The notes beneath the pieces are model-generated. The model was not told the DNA's origin. It made no database searches and was given only the letters and a program-made list of their open reading frames with translations. The position numbers and the translations under genes are program-made. DNA of 64,000 nt from Eledone cirrhosa (taxonomy: Eukaryota): the NCBI GenBank assembly GCA_964016885.1, contig OZ024758.1, positions 37,696,001 to 37,760,000 on the forward strand, in the 5' to 3' direction. Position 1 is the first letter of the stretch; each line of letters opens with the position of its first letter. Below are positions 26,201-39,564 of the stretch, one piece after another.

Positions 26201-29200
26201 TGGTGAGAATTCATTTAAGTTCATGGTACTAGGTGTCAGAAGTAACTCCAATGTTGGTGAGAATTCATTTAAGTTCATGGTATTAGCTGTCAGAAGGAAC
26301 TCCACTGTTGCTGAGAATTCATTTAAGTTCATGGTATTAGCTGTCAGAAGGAACTCCAATGTTGGTGAGAATTCATTTAAGTTCATGGTATTAGCTGTCA
26401 GACGTAACTCCACTGTTGGTGAGAATTCATTTAAGTTCATGGTATTAGCTGTCAGAAGTAACTCCACTGTTGGTGAGAATTCATTTAAGTCATGGTATTA
26501 GCTGTCAGAAGTAACTCCAATGTTGGTGAGAATTCATTTAAGTTCATGGTATTAGCTGTCAGAAGTCACTCCAATGTTGGTGAGAATTCATTTAAGTTCA
26601 TGGTATTAGCTGTCAGAAGTAACTCCACTGTTGGTGAGAATTCATTTAAGTTCATGGTATTAGCTGTCAGAAGTAACTCCACTGTTGGTGAGAATTCATT
26701 TAAGTTCATGGTATTAGCTGTCAGAAGTAACTCCACTGTTGGTGAGAATTCATTTAAGTTCATGGTACTAGCTGTCAGAAGTAACTCCAATGTTGGTGAG
26801 AATTCATTTAAGTTCAAGGTATTAGCTGTCAGAAGTAACTCCACTGTTGGTGAGAATTCATTTAAGTCATGGTATTTATTAGCTGTCAGAAGTAACACCA
26901 ATGTTGGTGAGAATTCATTTAAGTTCATGGTATTAGCTGTCAGAAGTAACTCCACTGTTGGTGAGAATTCATTTAAGTTCATGGTATTAGCTGTCAGAAG
27001 TAACTTCACTGTTGGTGAGAATTCATTTAAGTTCATGGTACTAGCTGTCAGAAGTAACTCCACTGTTGTTGAGAATTCATTTAAGTTCATGGTATTAGTT
27101 TGTCAGAAGTAACTCCACTGTTGGTGAGAATTCATTTAAGTCATGGTATTAGTTGTCAGAAGTAACTCCAATGTTGGTGAGAATTCATTTAAGTTCATGG
27201 TACTAGCTGTCAGAAGTAACTCCACTGTTGGTGAGAATTCATTTAAGTCATGGTATTAGCTGTCAGAAGTAACTCCAATGTTGGTGAGAATTCATTTAAG
27301 TTCATGGTATTAGCTGTCAGAAGTCACTCCACTGTTGGTGAGAATTCATTTAAGTTCATGGTACTAGCTGTCAGAAGTAACCCAATGTTGGTGAGAATTC
27401 ATTTAAGTTCATGGTATTAGCTGTCAGAAGTCACTCCAATGTTGGTGAGAATTCATTTAAGTTCATGGTATTAGCTGTCAGAAGTAACTCCACTGTTGGT
27501 GAGAATTCATTTAAGTTCATGGTATTAGCTGTCAGAAGTAACTCCACTGTTGGTGAGAATTCATTTAAGTTCATGGTATTAGCTGTCAGAAGTAACTCCA
27601 CTGTTGGTGAGAATTCATTTAAGTTCATGGTATTAGCTGTCAGAAGGAACTCCAATGTTGGTGAGAATTCATTTAAGTCATGGTACTAGCTGTCAGAAGT
27701 AACTCCACTGTTGGTGAGAATTCATTTAAGTTCATGGTATTAGCTGACAGAAGTAACGCCACTGTTGGTGAGAATTCATTTAAGTTCATGGTATTAGCTG
27801 TCAGAAGTAACTCCACTGTTGGTGAGAATTCATTTAAGTTCATGGTACTAGCTGTCAGAAGTAACTCCAATGTTGGTGAGAATTCATTTAAGTTCATGGT
27901 ATTAGCTGTCAGAAGGAACTCCACTGTTGCTGAGAATTCATTTAAGTTCATGGTATTAGCTGTCAGAAGTAACTCCACTGTTGGTGAGAATTCATTTAAG
28001 TTCATGGTACTAGCTGTCAGAAGTAACTCCACTGTTGGTGAGAATTCATTTAAGTTCATGGTATTAGCTGTCAGAAGTCACTCCACTGTTGGTGAGAATT
28101 CATTTAAGTTCATGGTACTAGCTGTCAGAAGTAACCCCAATGTTGGTGAGAATTCATTTAAGTTCATGGTATTAGCTGTCAGAAGTCACTCCAATGTTGG
28201 TGAGAATTCATTTAAGTTCATGGTATTAGCTGTCAGAAGTAACTCCACTGTTGGTGAGAATTCATTTAAGTTCATGGTATTAGCTGTCAGAAGTAACTCC
28301 ACTGTTGGTGAGAATTCATTTAAGTTCATGGTATTAGCTGTCAGAAGGAACTCCACTGTTGGTGAGAATTCATTTAAGTTCATGGTACTAGCTGTCAGAA
28401 GTAACTCCACTGTTGGTGAGAATTCATTTAAGTTCATGGTATTAGTTTGTCAGAAGTAACTCCACTGTTGGTGAGAATTCATTTAAGTCATGGTACTAGC
28501 TGTCAGAAGTAACTCCACTGTTGGTGAGAATTCATTTAAGTTCATGGTATTAGCTGTCAGAAGTAACTCCACTGTTGGTGAGAATTCATTTAAGTTCATG
28601 GTATTAGCTGTCAGAAGTAACTCCACTGTTGGTGAGAATTCATTTAAGTTCATGGTATTAGCTGTTAGATGGAACTCCAATGTTGGTGAGAATTCATTTA
28701 AGTCATGGTACTAGCTGTCAGAAGTAACTCCACTGTTGGTGAGAATTCATTTAAGTTCATGGTATTAGCTGTCAGAAGGAACGCCACTGTTGGTGAGAAT
28801 TCATTTAAGTTAATGGTATTAGCTGTCAGAAGTAACTCCACTGTTGGTGAGAATTCATTTAAGTTCATGGTACTAGGTGTCAGAAGTAACTCCAATGTTG
28901 GTGAGAATTCATTTAAGTTCATGGTATTAGCTGTCAGAAGGAACTCCACTGTTGCTGAGAATTCATTTAAGTCCATGGTATTAGCTGTCAGAAGTAACTC
29001 CAATGTTGGTGAGAATTCATTTAAGTTCATGGTATTAGCTGTCAGAAGTAACTCCACTGTTGGTGAGAATTCATTTAAGTTCATGGTATTAGCTGTCAGA
29101 AGTAACTCCACTGTTGGTGAGAATTCATTTAAGTCATGGTATTAGCTGTCAGAAGTAACTCCAATGTTGGTGAGAATTTATTTAAGTTCATGGTATTAGC

Positions 29201-30364
29201 TGTCAGAAGTCACTCCACTGTTGGTGAGAATTCATTTAAGTTCATGGTACTAGCTGTCAGAAGTAACCCCAATGTTGGTGAGAATTCATTTAAGTTCATG
29301 TTATTAGCTGTCAGAAGTCACTCCAATGTTGGTGAGAATTCATTTAAGTTCATGGTATTAGCTGTCAGAAGTAACTCCACTGTTGGTGAGAATTCATTTA
29401 AGTTCATGGTATTAGCTGTCAGAAGTAACTCCACTGTTGGTGAGAATTCATTTAAGTTCATGGTATTAGCTGTCAGAAGTAACTCCACTGTTGGTGAGAA
29501 TTCATTTAAGTTCATGGTATTAGCTGTCAGAAGGAACTCCACTGTTGGTGAGAATTCATTTAAGTTCATGGTACTAGCTGTCAGAAGTAACTCCACTGTT
29601 GGTGAGAATTCATTTAAGTTCATGGTATTAGTTTGTCAGAAGTAACTCCACTGTTGGTGAGAATTCATTTAAGTCATGGTACTAGCTGTCAGAAGTAACT
29701 CCACTGTTGGTGAGAATTCATTTAAGTTCATGGTATTAGCTGTCAGAAGTAACTCCAGTGTTGGTGAGAATTCATTTAAGTTCATGGTATTAGCTGTCAG
29801 AAGTAACTCCACTGTTGGTGAGAATTCATTTAAGTTCATGGTATTAGCTGTTAGATGGAACTCCAATGTTGGTGAGAATTCATTTAAGTCATGGTACTAG
29901 CTGTCAGAAGTAACTCCACTGTTGGTGAGAATTCATTTAAGTTCATGGTATTAGCTGTCAGAAGGAACGCCACTGTTGGTGAGAATTCATTTAAGTTAAT
30001 GGTATTAGCTGTCAGAAGTAACTCCACTGTTGGTGAGAATTCATTTAAGTTCATGGTACTAGGTGTCAGAAGTAACTCCAATGTTGGTGAGAATTCATTT
30101 AAGTTCATGGTATTAGCTGTCAGAAGGAACTCCACTGTTGCTGAGAATTCATTTAAGTTCATGGTATTAGCTGTCAGAAGTAACTCCAATGTTGGTGAGA
30201 ATTCATTTAAGTTCATGGTATTAGCTGTCAGAAGTAACTCCACTGTTGGTGAGAATTCATTTAAGTTCATGGTATTAGCTGTCAGAAGTAACTCCACTGT
30301 TGGTGAGAATTCATTTAAGTCATGGTATTAGCTGTCAGAAGTAACTCCAATGTTGGTGAGAATT
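23290..30364 (+). repeat. Local higher-order repeat: five related units at offsets 1,186 and 916 bp, re-duplicated at offset 4,746 bp
   Basis: ORF starts 23744, 24930, 25846, 28490 and 29676. Each unit carries the linked variants GTTAGATGG, AAGTTAATG and CTAGGTGTC. Boundaries are approximate. Confidence 0.87.
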
Positions 30365-31122
30365 TATTTAAGTTCATGGTATTAGCTGTCAGAAGGAACG
30401 CCACTGTTGGTGAGAATTCATTTAAGTTCATGGTATTAGCTGTCAGAAGTAACTCCACTGTTGGTGAGAATTCATTTAAGTTCATGGTACTAGCTGTCAG
30501 AAGTAACTCCAATGTTGGTGAGAATTCATTTAAGTTCATGGTATTAGCTGTCAGAAGGAACTCCACTGTTGCTGAGAATTCATTTAAGTTCATGGTATTA
30601 GCTGTCAGAAGTAACTCCACTGTTGGTGAGAATTCATTTAAGTTCATGGTATTAGCTGTCAGAAGTAACTCCACTGTTGGTGAGAATTCATTTAAGTCAT
30701 GGTATTAGCTGTCAGAAGTAACTCCATTGTTGGTGAGAATTCATTTAAGTCATGGTACTAGCTGTCAGAAGTAACTCCACTGTTGGTGAGAATTCATTTA
30801 AGTCATGGTATTTATTAGCTGTCAGAAGTAACACCAATGTTGGTGAGAATTCATTTAAGTTCATGGTATTAGCTGTCAAAAGGAACGCCACTGTTGGTGA
30901 GAATTCATTTAAGTTCATGGTATTAGCTGTCAGAAGTCACTCCACTGTTGGTGAGAATTCATTTAAGTTCATGGTACTAGCTGTCAGAAGTAACCCCAAT
31001 GTTGGTGAGAATTCATTTAAGTTCATGGTATTAGCTGTCAGAAGTCACTCCAATGTTGGTGAGAATTCATTTAAGTTCATGGTATTAGCTGTCAGAAGTA
31101 ACTCCAATGTTGGTGAGAATTT

Positions 31123-34100
31123 ATTTAAGTTCATGGTATTAGCTGTCAGAAGTCACTCCACTGTTGGTGAGAATTCATTTAAGTTCATGGTACTAGCTGT
31201 CAGAAGTAACCCCAATGTTGGTGAGAATTCATTTAAGTTCATGGTATTAGCTGTCAGAAGTCACTCCAATGTTGGTGAGAATTCATTTAAGTTCATGGTA
31301 TTAGCTGTCAGAAGTAACTCCACTGTTGGTGAGAATTCATTTAAGTTCATGGTATTAGCTGTCAGAAGTAACTCCACTGTTGGTGAGAATTCATTTAAGT
31401 TCATGGTACTAGCTGTCAGAAGTAACTCCACTGTTGGTGAGAATTCATTTAAGTTCATGGTATTAGCTGTCAGAAGTCACTCCAATGTTGGTGAGAATTC
31501 ATTTAAGTTCATGGTATTAGCTGTCAGAAGTCACTCCACTGTTGGTGAGAATTCATTTAAGTTCATGGTACTAGCTGTCAGAAGTAACCCCAATGTTGGT
31601 GAGAATTCATTTAAGTTCATGGTATTAGCTGTCAGAAGTCACTCCAATGTTGGTGAGAATTCATTTAAGTTCATGGTATTAGCTGTCAGAAGTAACTCCA
31701 CTGTTGGTGAGAATTCATTTAAGTTCATGGTATTAGCTGTCAGAAGGAACTCCACTGTTGGTGAGAATTCATTTAAGTTCATGGTACTAGCTGTCAGAAG
31801 TAACTCCACTGTTGGTGAGAATTCATTTAAGTTCATGGTATTAGTTTGTCAGAAGTAACTCCACTGTTGGTGAGAATGCATTTAAGTCATGGTATTAGTT
31901 GTCAGAAGTAACTCCAATGTTAGTGAGAATTCATTTAAGCCATGGTACTAGCTGTCAGAAGTAACTCCAATGTTGGTGAGAATTCATTTAAGTTCATGGT
32001 ATTAGCTGTCAGAACGAACTCCACTGTTGGTGAGAATTCATTTAAGTTCATGGTATTAGCTGTCAGAAGTAACTCCACTGTTGGTGAGAATTCATTTAAG
32101 TTCATGGTACTAGCTGTCAGAAGTAACTCCAATGTTGGTGAGAATTCATTTAAGTTCATGGTATTAGCTGTCAGAAGTAACTCCACTGTTGGTGAGAGTT
32201 CATTTAAGTCATGGTATTAGCTGTCAGAAGTAACTCCAATGTTGGTGAGAATTCATTTATGTTCATGGTATTAGCTGTCAGAAGTAACTCCACTGTTGGT
32301 GAGAATTCATTTAAGTTCATGGTATTAGCTGTCAGAAGTAACTCCACTGTTGGTGAGAATTCATTTAAGTTCATGGTACTAGCTGTCAGAAGTAACTCCA
32401 CTGTTGGTGAGAATTCATTTAAGTTCATGGTATTAGTTTGTCAGAAGTAACTCCACTGTTGGTGAGAATTCATTTAAGTCATGGTATTAGTTGTCAGAAG
32501 TAACTCCAATGTTGGTGAGAATTCATTTAAGTTCATGGTATTAGCTGTCAGAAGGAACTCCACTGTTGGTGAGAATTCATTTAAGTTCATGGTATTAGCT
32601 GTCAGAAGGAACTCCAATGTTGGTGAGAATTCATTTAAGTCATGGTACTAGCTGTCAGAAGTAACTCCACTGTTGGTGAGAATTCATTTAAGTCATGGTA
32701 TTAGCTGTCAGAAGTAACTCCACTGTTGGTGAGAATTCATTTAAGTTCATGGTACTAGCTGTCAGAAGTAACTCCAATGTTGGTGAGAATTCATTTAAGT
32801 TCATGGTATTAGCTGTCAGAAGGAACTCCACTGTTGGTGAGAATTAATTTAAGTTCATGGTATTAACTGTCAGAAGTAACTCCACTGTTGGTGAGAATTC
32901 ATTTAAGTCATGGTATTAGCTGTCAGAAGTAACTCCATTGTTGGTGAGAATTCATTTAAGTCATGGTACTAGCTGTCAGAAGTAACTCCAATGTTGGTGA
33001 GAATTCATTTAAGTCATGGTACTAGCTGTCAGAAGTAACTCCAATGTTGGTGAGAATTCATTTAAGTTCATGGTATTAGCTGTCAGAAGGAACTCCACTG
33101 TTGGTGAGAATTCATTTAAGTTCATGGTATTAGCTGTCAGAAGTAACTCCACTGTTGGTGAGAATTCATTTAAGTTCATGGTACTAGCTGTCAGAAGTAA
33201 CTCCAATGTTGGTGAGAATTCATTTAAGTTCATGGTATTAGCTGTCAGAAGTAACTCCACTGTTGGTGAGAATTCATTTAAGTCATGGTATTAGCTGTCA
33301 GAAGTAACTCCAATGTTGGTGAGAATTCATTTAAGTTCATGGTATTAGCTGTCAGAAGTAACTCCAATGTTGGTGAGAATTCATTTAAGTTCATGGTATT
33401 AGCTGTCAGAAGGAACTCCACTGTTGCTGAGAATTCATTTAAGTTCATGGTATTAGCTGTCAGAAGTAACTCCACTGTTGGTGAGAATTCATTTAAGTTC
33501 ATGGTATTAGCTGTCAGAAGTAACTCCACTGTTGGTGAGAATTCATTTAAGTCATGGTATTAGCTGTCAGAAGTAACTCCATTGTTGGTGAGAATTCATT
33601 TAAGTCATGGTACTAGCTGTCAGAAGTAACTCCACTGTTGGTGAGAATTCATTTAAGTCATGGTATTTATTAGCTGTCAGAAGTAACACCAATGTTGGTG
33701 AGAATTCATTTAAGTTCATGGTATTAGCTGTCAGAAGTCACTCCACTGTTGGTGAGAATTCATTTAAGTTCATGGTACTAGCTGTCAGAAGTAACCCCAA
33801 TGTTGGTGAGAATTCATTTAAGTTCATGGTATTAGCTGTCAGAAGTCACTCCAATGTTGGTGAGAATTCATTTAAGTTCATGGTATTAGCTGTCAGAAGT
33901 AACTCCACTGTTGGTGAGAATTCATTTAAGTTCATGGTATTAGCTGTCAGAAGTCACTCCACTGTTGGTGAGAATTCATTTAAGTTCATGGTACTAGCTG
34001 TCAGAAGTAACCCCAATGTTGGTGAGAATTCATTTAAGTTCATGGTATTAGCTGTCAGAAGTCACTCCAATGTTGGTGAGAATTCATTTAAGTTCATGGT

Positions 34101-35815
34101 ATTAGCTGTCAGAAGTAACTCCACTGTTGGTGAGAATTCATTTAAGTTCATGGTATTAGCTGTCAGAAGTAACTCCACTGTTGGTAAGAATTCATTTAAG
34201 TTCATGGTACTAGCTGTCAGAAGTAACTCCACTGTTGGTGAGAATTCATTTAAGTTCATGGTATTAGCTGTCAGAAGTCACTCCAATGTTGGTGAGAATT
34301 CATTTAAGTTCATGGTATTAGCTGTCAGAAGTCACTCCACTGTTGGTGAGAATTCATTTAAGTTCATGGTACTAGCTGTCAGAAGTAACCCCAATGTTGG
34401 TGAGAATTCATTTAAGTTCATGGTATTAGCTGTCAGAAGTCACTCCAATGTTGGTGAGAATTCATTTAAGTTCATGGTATTAGCTGTCAGAAGTAACTCC
34501 ACTGTTGGTGAGAATTCATTTAAGTTCATGGTATTAGCTGTCAGAAGGAACTCCACTGTTGGTGAGAATTCATTTAAGTTCATGGTACTAGCTGTCAGAA
34601 GTAACTCCACTGTTGGTGAGAATTCATTTAAGTTCATGGTATTAGTTTGTCAGAAGTAACTCCACTGTTGGTGAGAATGCATTTAAGTCATGGTATTAGT
34701 TGTCAGAAGTAACTCCAATGTTAGTGAGAATTCATTTAAGCCATGGTACTAGCTGTCAGAAGTAACTCCAATGTTGGTGAGAATTCATTTAAGTTCATGG
34801 TATTAGCTGTCAGAACGAACTCCACTGTTGGTGAGAATTCATTTAAGTTCATGGTATTAGCTGTCAGAAGTAACTCCACTGTTGGTGAGAATTCATTTAA
34901 GTTCATGGTACTAGCTGTCAGAAGTAACTCCAATGTTGGTGAGAATTCATTTAAGTTCATGGTATTAGCTGTCAGAAGTAACTCCACTGTTGGTGAGAGT
35001 TCATTTAAGTCATGGTATTAGCTGTCAGAAGTAACTCCAATGTTGGTGAGAATTCATTTATGTTCATGGTATTAGCTGTCAGAAGTAACTCCACTGTTGG
35101 TGAGAATTCATTTAAGTTCATGGTATTAGCTGTCAGAAGTAACTCCACTGTTGGTGAGAATTCATTTAAGTTCATGGTACTAGCTGTCAGAAGTAACTCC
35201 ACTGTTGGTGAGAATTCATTTAAGTTCATGGTATTAGTTTGTCAGAAGTAACTCCACTGTTGGTGAGAATTCATTTAAGTCATGGTATTAGTTGTCAGAA
35301 GTAACTCCAATGTTGGTGAGAATTCATTTAAGTTCATGGTATTAGCTGTCAGAAGGAACTCCACTGTTGGTGAGAATTCATTTAAGTTCATGGTATTAGC
35401 TGTCAGAAGGAACTCCAATGTTGGTGAGAATTCATTTAAGTCATGGTACTAGCTGTCAGAAGTAACTCCACTGTTGGTGAGAATTCATTTAAGTCATGGT
35501 ATTAGCTGTCAGAAGTAACTCCACTGTTGGTGAGAATTCATTTAAGTTCATGGTACTAGCTGTCAGAAGTAACTCCAATGTTGGTGAGAATTCATTTAAG
35601 TTCATGGTATTAGCTGTCAGAAGGAACTCCACTGTTGGTGAGAATTAATTTAAGTTCATGGTATTAGCTGTCAGAAGTAACTCCACTGTTGGTGAGAATT
35701 CATTTAAGTCATGGTATTAGCTGTCAGAAGTAACTCCATTGTTGGTGAGAATTCATTTAAGTCATGGTACTAGCTGTCAGAAGTAACTCCAATGTTGGTG
35801 AGAATTCATTTAAGT
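31123..35815 (+). repeat. Duplication at offset 2,801 bp (52 monomers): 31123-33014 repeated at 33924-35815
   Basis: ORFs 31942/34743 and 32211/35012. Shared GAATGC, GTTAGTGAG, AAGCCATG, AGAACG, GAGAGTTC and GAATTAATT variants. Two single-base differences seen (GGTAAG at about 34186 and TTAACT at about 32866). Confidence 0.87.
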
Positions 35816-35877
35816 TCATGGTATTAGCTGTCAGAAGGAACTCCACTGTTGGTGAGAATTCATTTAAGTCATGGTAT

Positions 35878-38800
35878 TAGCTGTCAGAAGTAACTCCAAT
35901 GTTGGTGAGAATTCATTTAAGTCATGGTACTAGCTGTCAGAAGTAACTCCAATGTTGGTGAGAATTCATTTAAGTTCATGGTATTAGCTGTCAGAAGGAA
36001 CTCCACTGTTGGTGAGAATTCATTTAAGTTCATGGTATTAGCTGTCAGAAGTAACTCCACTGTTGGTGAGAATTCATTTAAGTTCATGGTACTAGCTGTC
36101 ATAAGTAACTCCAATGTTGGTGAGAATTCATTTAAGTTCATGGTATTAGCTGTCAGAAGTAACTCCACTGTTGGTGAGAATTCATTTAAGTCATGGTATT
36201 AGCTGTCAGAAGTAACTCCAATGTTGGTGAGAATTCATTTAAGTTCATGGTATTAGCTGTCAGAAGTAACTCCAATGTTGGTGAGAATTCATTTAAGTTC
36301 ATGGTATTAGCTGTCAGAAGGAACTCCACTGTTGCTGAGAATTCATTTAAGTTCATGGTATTAGCTGTCAGAAGTAACTCCACTGTTGGTGAGAATTCAT
36401 TTAAGTTCATGGTACTAGCTGTCAGAAGTAACTCCACTGTTGGTGAGAATTCATTTAAGTTCATGGTACTAGCTGTCAGAAGTAACTCCAATGTTGGTGA
36501 GAATTCATTTAAGTTCATGGTATTAGCTGTCAGAAGTAACTCCAATGTTGGTGAGAATTCATTTAAGTTCATGGTATTAGCTGTCAGAAGTAACTCCACT
36601 GTTGGTGAGAATTCATTTAAGTTCATGGTATTAGCTGACAGAAGGAACGCCACTGTTGGTGAGAATTCATTTAAGTTCATGGTATTAGCTGTCAGAAGTA
36701 ACTCCACTGTTGGTGAGAATTCATTTAAGTTCATGGTACTAGCTGTCAGAAGTAACTCCAATGTTGGTGAGAATTCATTTAAGTTCATGGTATTAGCTGT
36801 CAGAAGTAACTCCACTGTTGGTGAGAATTCATTTAAGTTCATGGTACTAGCTGTCAGAAGTAACTCCACTGTTGGTGAGAATTCATTTAAGTTCATGGTA
36901 TTAGCTGTCAGAAGTCACTCCAATGTTGGTGAGAATTCATTTAAGTTCATGGTATTAGCTGTCAGAAGTCACTCCACTGTTGGTGAGAATTCATTTAAGT
37001 TCATGGTACTAGCTGTCAGAAGTAACCCCAATGTTGGTGAGAATTCATTTAAGTTCATGGTATTAGCTGTCAGAAGTCACTCCAATGTTGGTGAGAATTC
37101 ATTTAAGTTCATGGTATTAGCTGTCAGAAGTAACTCCACTGTTGGTGAGAATTCATTTAAGTTCATGGTATTAGCTGTTAGAAGTAACTCCACTGTTGGT
37201 GAGAATTCATTTAAGTTCATGGTATTAGCTGTCAGAAGGAACTCCACTGTTGGTGAGAATTCATTTAAGTTCATGGTACTAGCTGTCAGAAGTAACTCCA
37301 CTGTTGGTGAGAATTCATTTAAGTTCATGGTATTAGTTTGTCAGAAGTAACTCCACTGTTGGTGAGAATTCATTTAAGTCATGGTACTAGCTGTCAGAAG
37401 TAACTCCACTGTTGGTGAGAATTCATTTAAGTTCATGGTATTAGCTGTCAGAAGTAACTCCACTGTTGGTGAGAATTCATTTAAGTTCATGGTACTAGGT
37501 GTCAGAAGTAACTCCAATGTTGGTGAGAATTCTTTTAAGTTCATGGTATTAGCTGTCAGAAGGAACTCCACTGTTGCTGAGAATTCATTTAAGTTCATGG
37601 TATTAGCTGTCAGAAGTAACTCCAATGTTGGTGAGAATTCATTTAAGTTCATGGTATTAGCTGTCAGAAGGAACTCCACTGTTGGTGAGAATTAATTTAA
37701 GTTCATGGTATTAGCTGTCAGAAGTAACTCCACTGTTGGTGAGAATTCATTTAAGTCATGGTATTAGCTGTCAGAAGTAACTCCATTGTTGGTGAGAATT
37801 CATTTAAGTCATGGTACTAGCTGTCAGAAGTAACTCCAATGTTGGTGAGAATTCATTTAAGTCATGGTACTAGCTGTCAGAAGTAACTCCAATGTTGGTG
37901 AGAATTCATTTAAGTTCATGGTATTAGCTGTCAGAAGGAACTCCACTGTTGGTGAGAATTCATTTAAGTTCATGGTATTAGCTGTCAGAAGTAACTCCAC
38001 TGTTGGTGAGAATTCATTTAAGTTCATGGTACTAGCTGTCATAAGTAACTCCAATGTTGGTGAGAATTCATTTAAGTTCATGGTATTAGCTGTCAGAAGT
38101 AACTCCACTGTTGGTGAGAATTCATTTAAGTCATGGTATTAGCTGTCAGAAGTAACTCCAATGTTGGTGAGAATTCATTTAAGTTCATGGTATTAGCTGT
38201 CAGAAGTAACTCCAATGTTGGTGAGAATTCATTTAAGTTCATGGTATTAGCTGTCAGAAGGAACTCCACTGTTGCTGAGAATTCATTTAAGTTCATGGTA
38301 TTAGCTGTCAGAAGTAACTCCACTGTTGGTGAGAATTCATTTAAGTTCATGGTACTAGCTGTCAGAAGTCACTCCACTGTTGGTGAGAATTCATTTAAGT
38401 TCATGGTACTAGCTGTCAGAAGTAACTCCAATGTTGGTGAGAATTCATTTAAGTTCATGGTATTAGCTGTCAGAAGTAACTCCAATGTTGGTGAGAATTC
38501 ATTTAAGTTCATGGTATTAGCTGTCAGAAGTAACTCCACTGTTGGTGAGAATTCATTTAAGTTCATGGTATTAGCTGACAGAAGGAACGCCACTGTTGGT
38601 GAGAATTCATTTAAGTTCATGGTATTAGCTGTCAGAAGTAACTCCACTGTTGGTGAGAATTCATTTAAGTTCATGGTACTAGCTGTCAGAAGTAACTCCA
38701 ATGTTGGTGAGAATTCATTTAAGTTCATGGTATTAGCTGTCAGAAGTAACTCCACTGTTGGTGAGAATTCATTTAAGTTCATGGTACTAGCTGTCAGAAG

Positions 38801-39564
38801 TAACTCCACTGTTGGTGAGAATTCATTTAAGTTCATGGTATTAGCTGTCAGAAGTCACTCCAATGTTGGTGAGAATTCATTTAAGTTCATGGTATTAGCT
38901 GTCAGAAGTCACTCCACTGTTGGTGAGAATTCATTTAAGTTCATGGTACTAGCTGTCAGAAGTAACCCCAATGTTGGTGAGAATTCATTTAAGTTCATGG
39001 TATTAGCTGTCAGAAGTCACTCCAATGTTGGTGAGAATTCATTTAAGTTCATGGTATTAGCTGTCAGAAGTAACTCCACTGTTGGTGAGAATTCATTTAA
39101 GTTCATGGTATTAGCTGTTAGAAGTAACTCCACTGTTGGTGAGAATTCATTTAAGTTCATGGTATTAGCTGTCAGAAGGAACTCCACTGTTGGTGAGAAT
39201 TCATTTAAGTTCATGGTACTAGCTGTCAGAAGTAACTCCACTGTTGGTGAGAATTCATTTAAGTTCATGGTATTAGTTTGTCAGAAGTAACTCCACTGTT
39301 GGTGAGAATTCATTTAAGTCATGGTACTAGCTGTCAGAAGTAACTCCACTGTTGGTGAGAATTCATTTAAGTTCATGGTATTAGCTGTCAGAAGTAACTC
39401 CACTGTTGGTGAGAATTCATTTAAGTTCATGGTACTAGGTGTCAGAAGTAACTCCAATGTTGGTGAGAATTCATTTAAGTTCATGGTATTAGCTGTCAGA
39501 AGGAACTCCACTGTTGCTGAGAATTCATTTAAGTTCATGGTATTAGCTGTCAGAAGTAACTCCA
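35878..39564 (+). repeat. Near-tandem duplication at offset 1,940 bp (36 monomers): 35878-37624 repeated at 37818-39564
   Basis: ORFs 35924/37864, 36193/38133 and 37381/39321. Shared GTCATAAG, GACAGAAGG and GTTAGAAG variants. Differences at 36430/38370 and 37533/39473. Confidence 0.88.
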
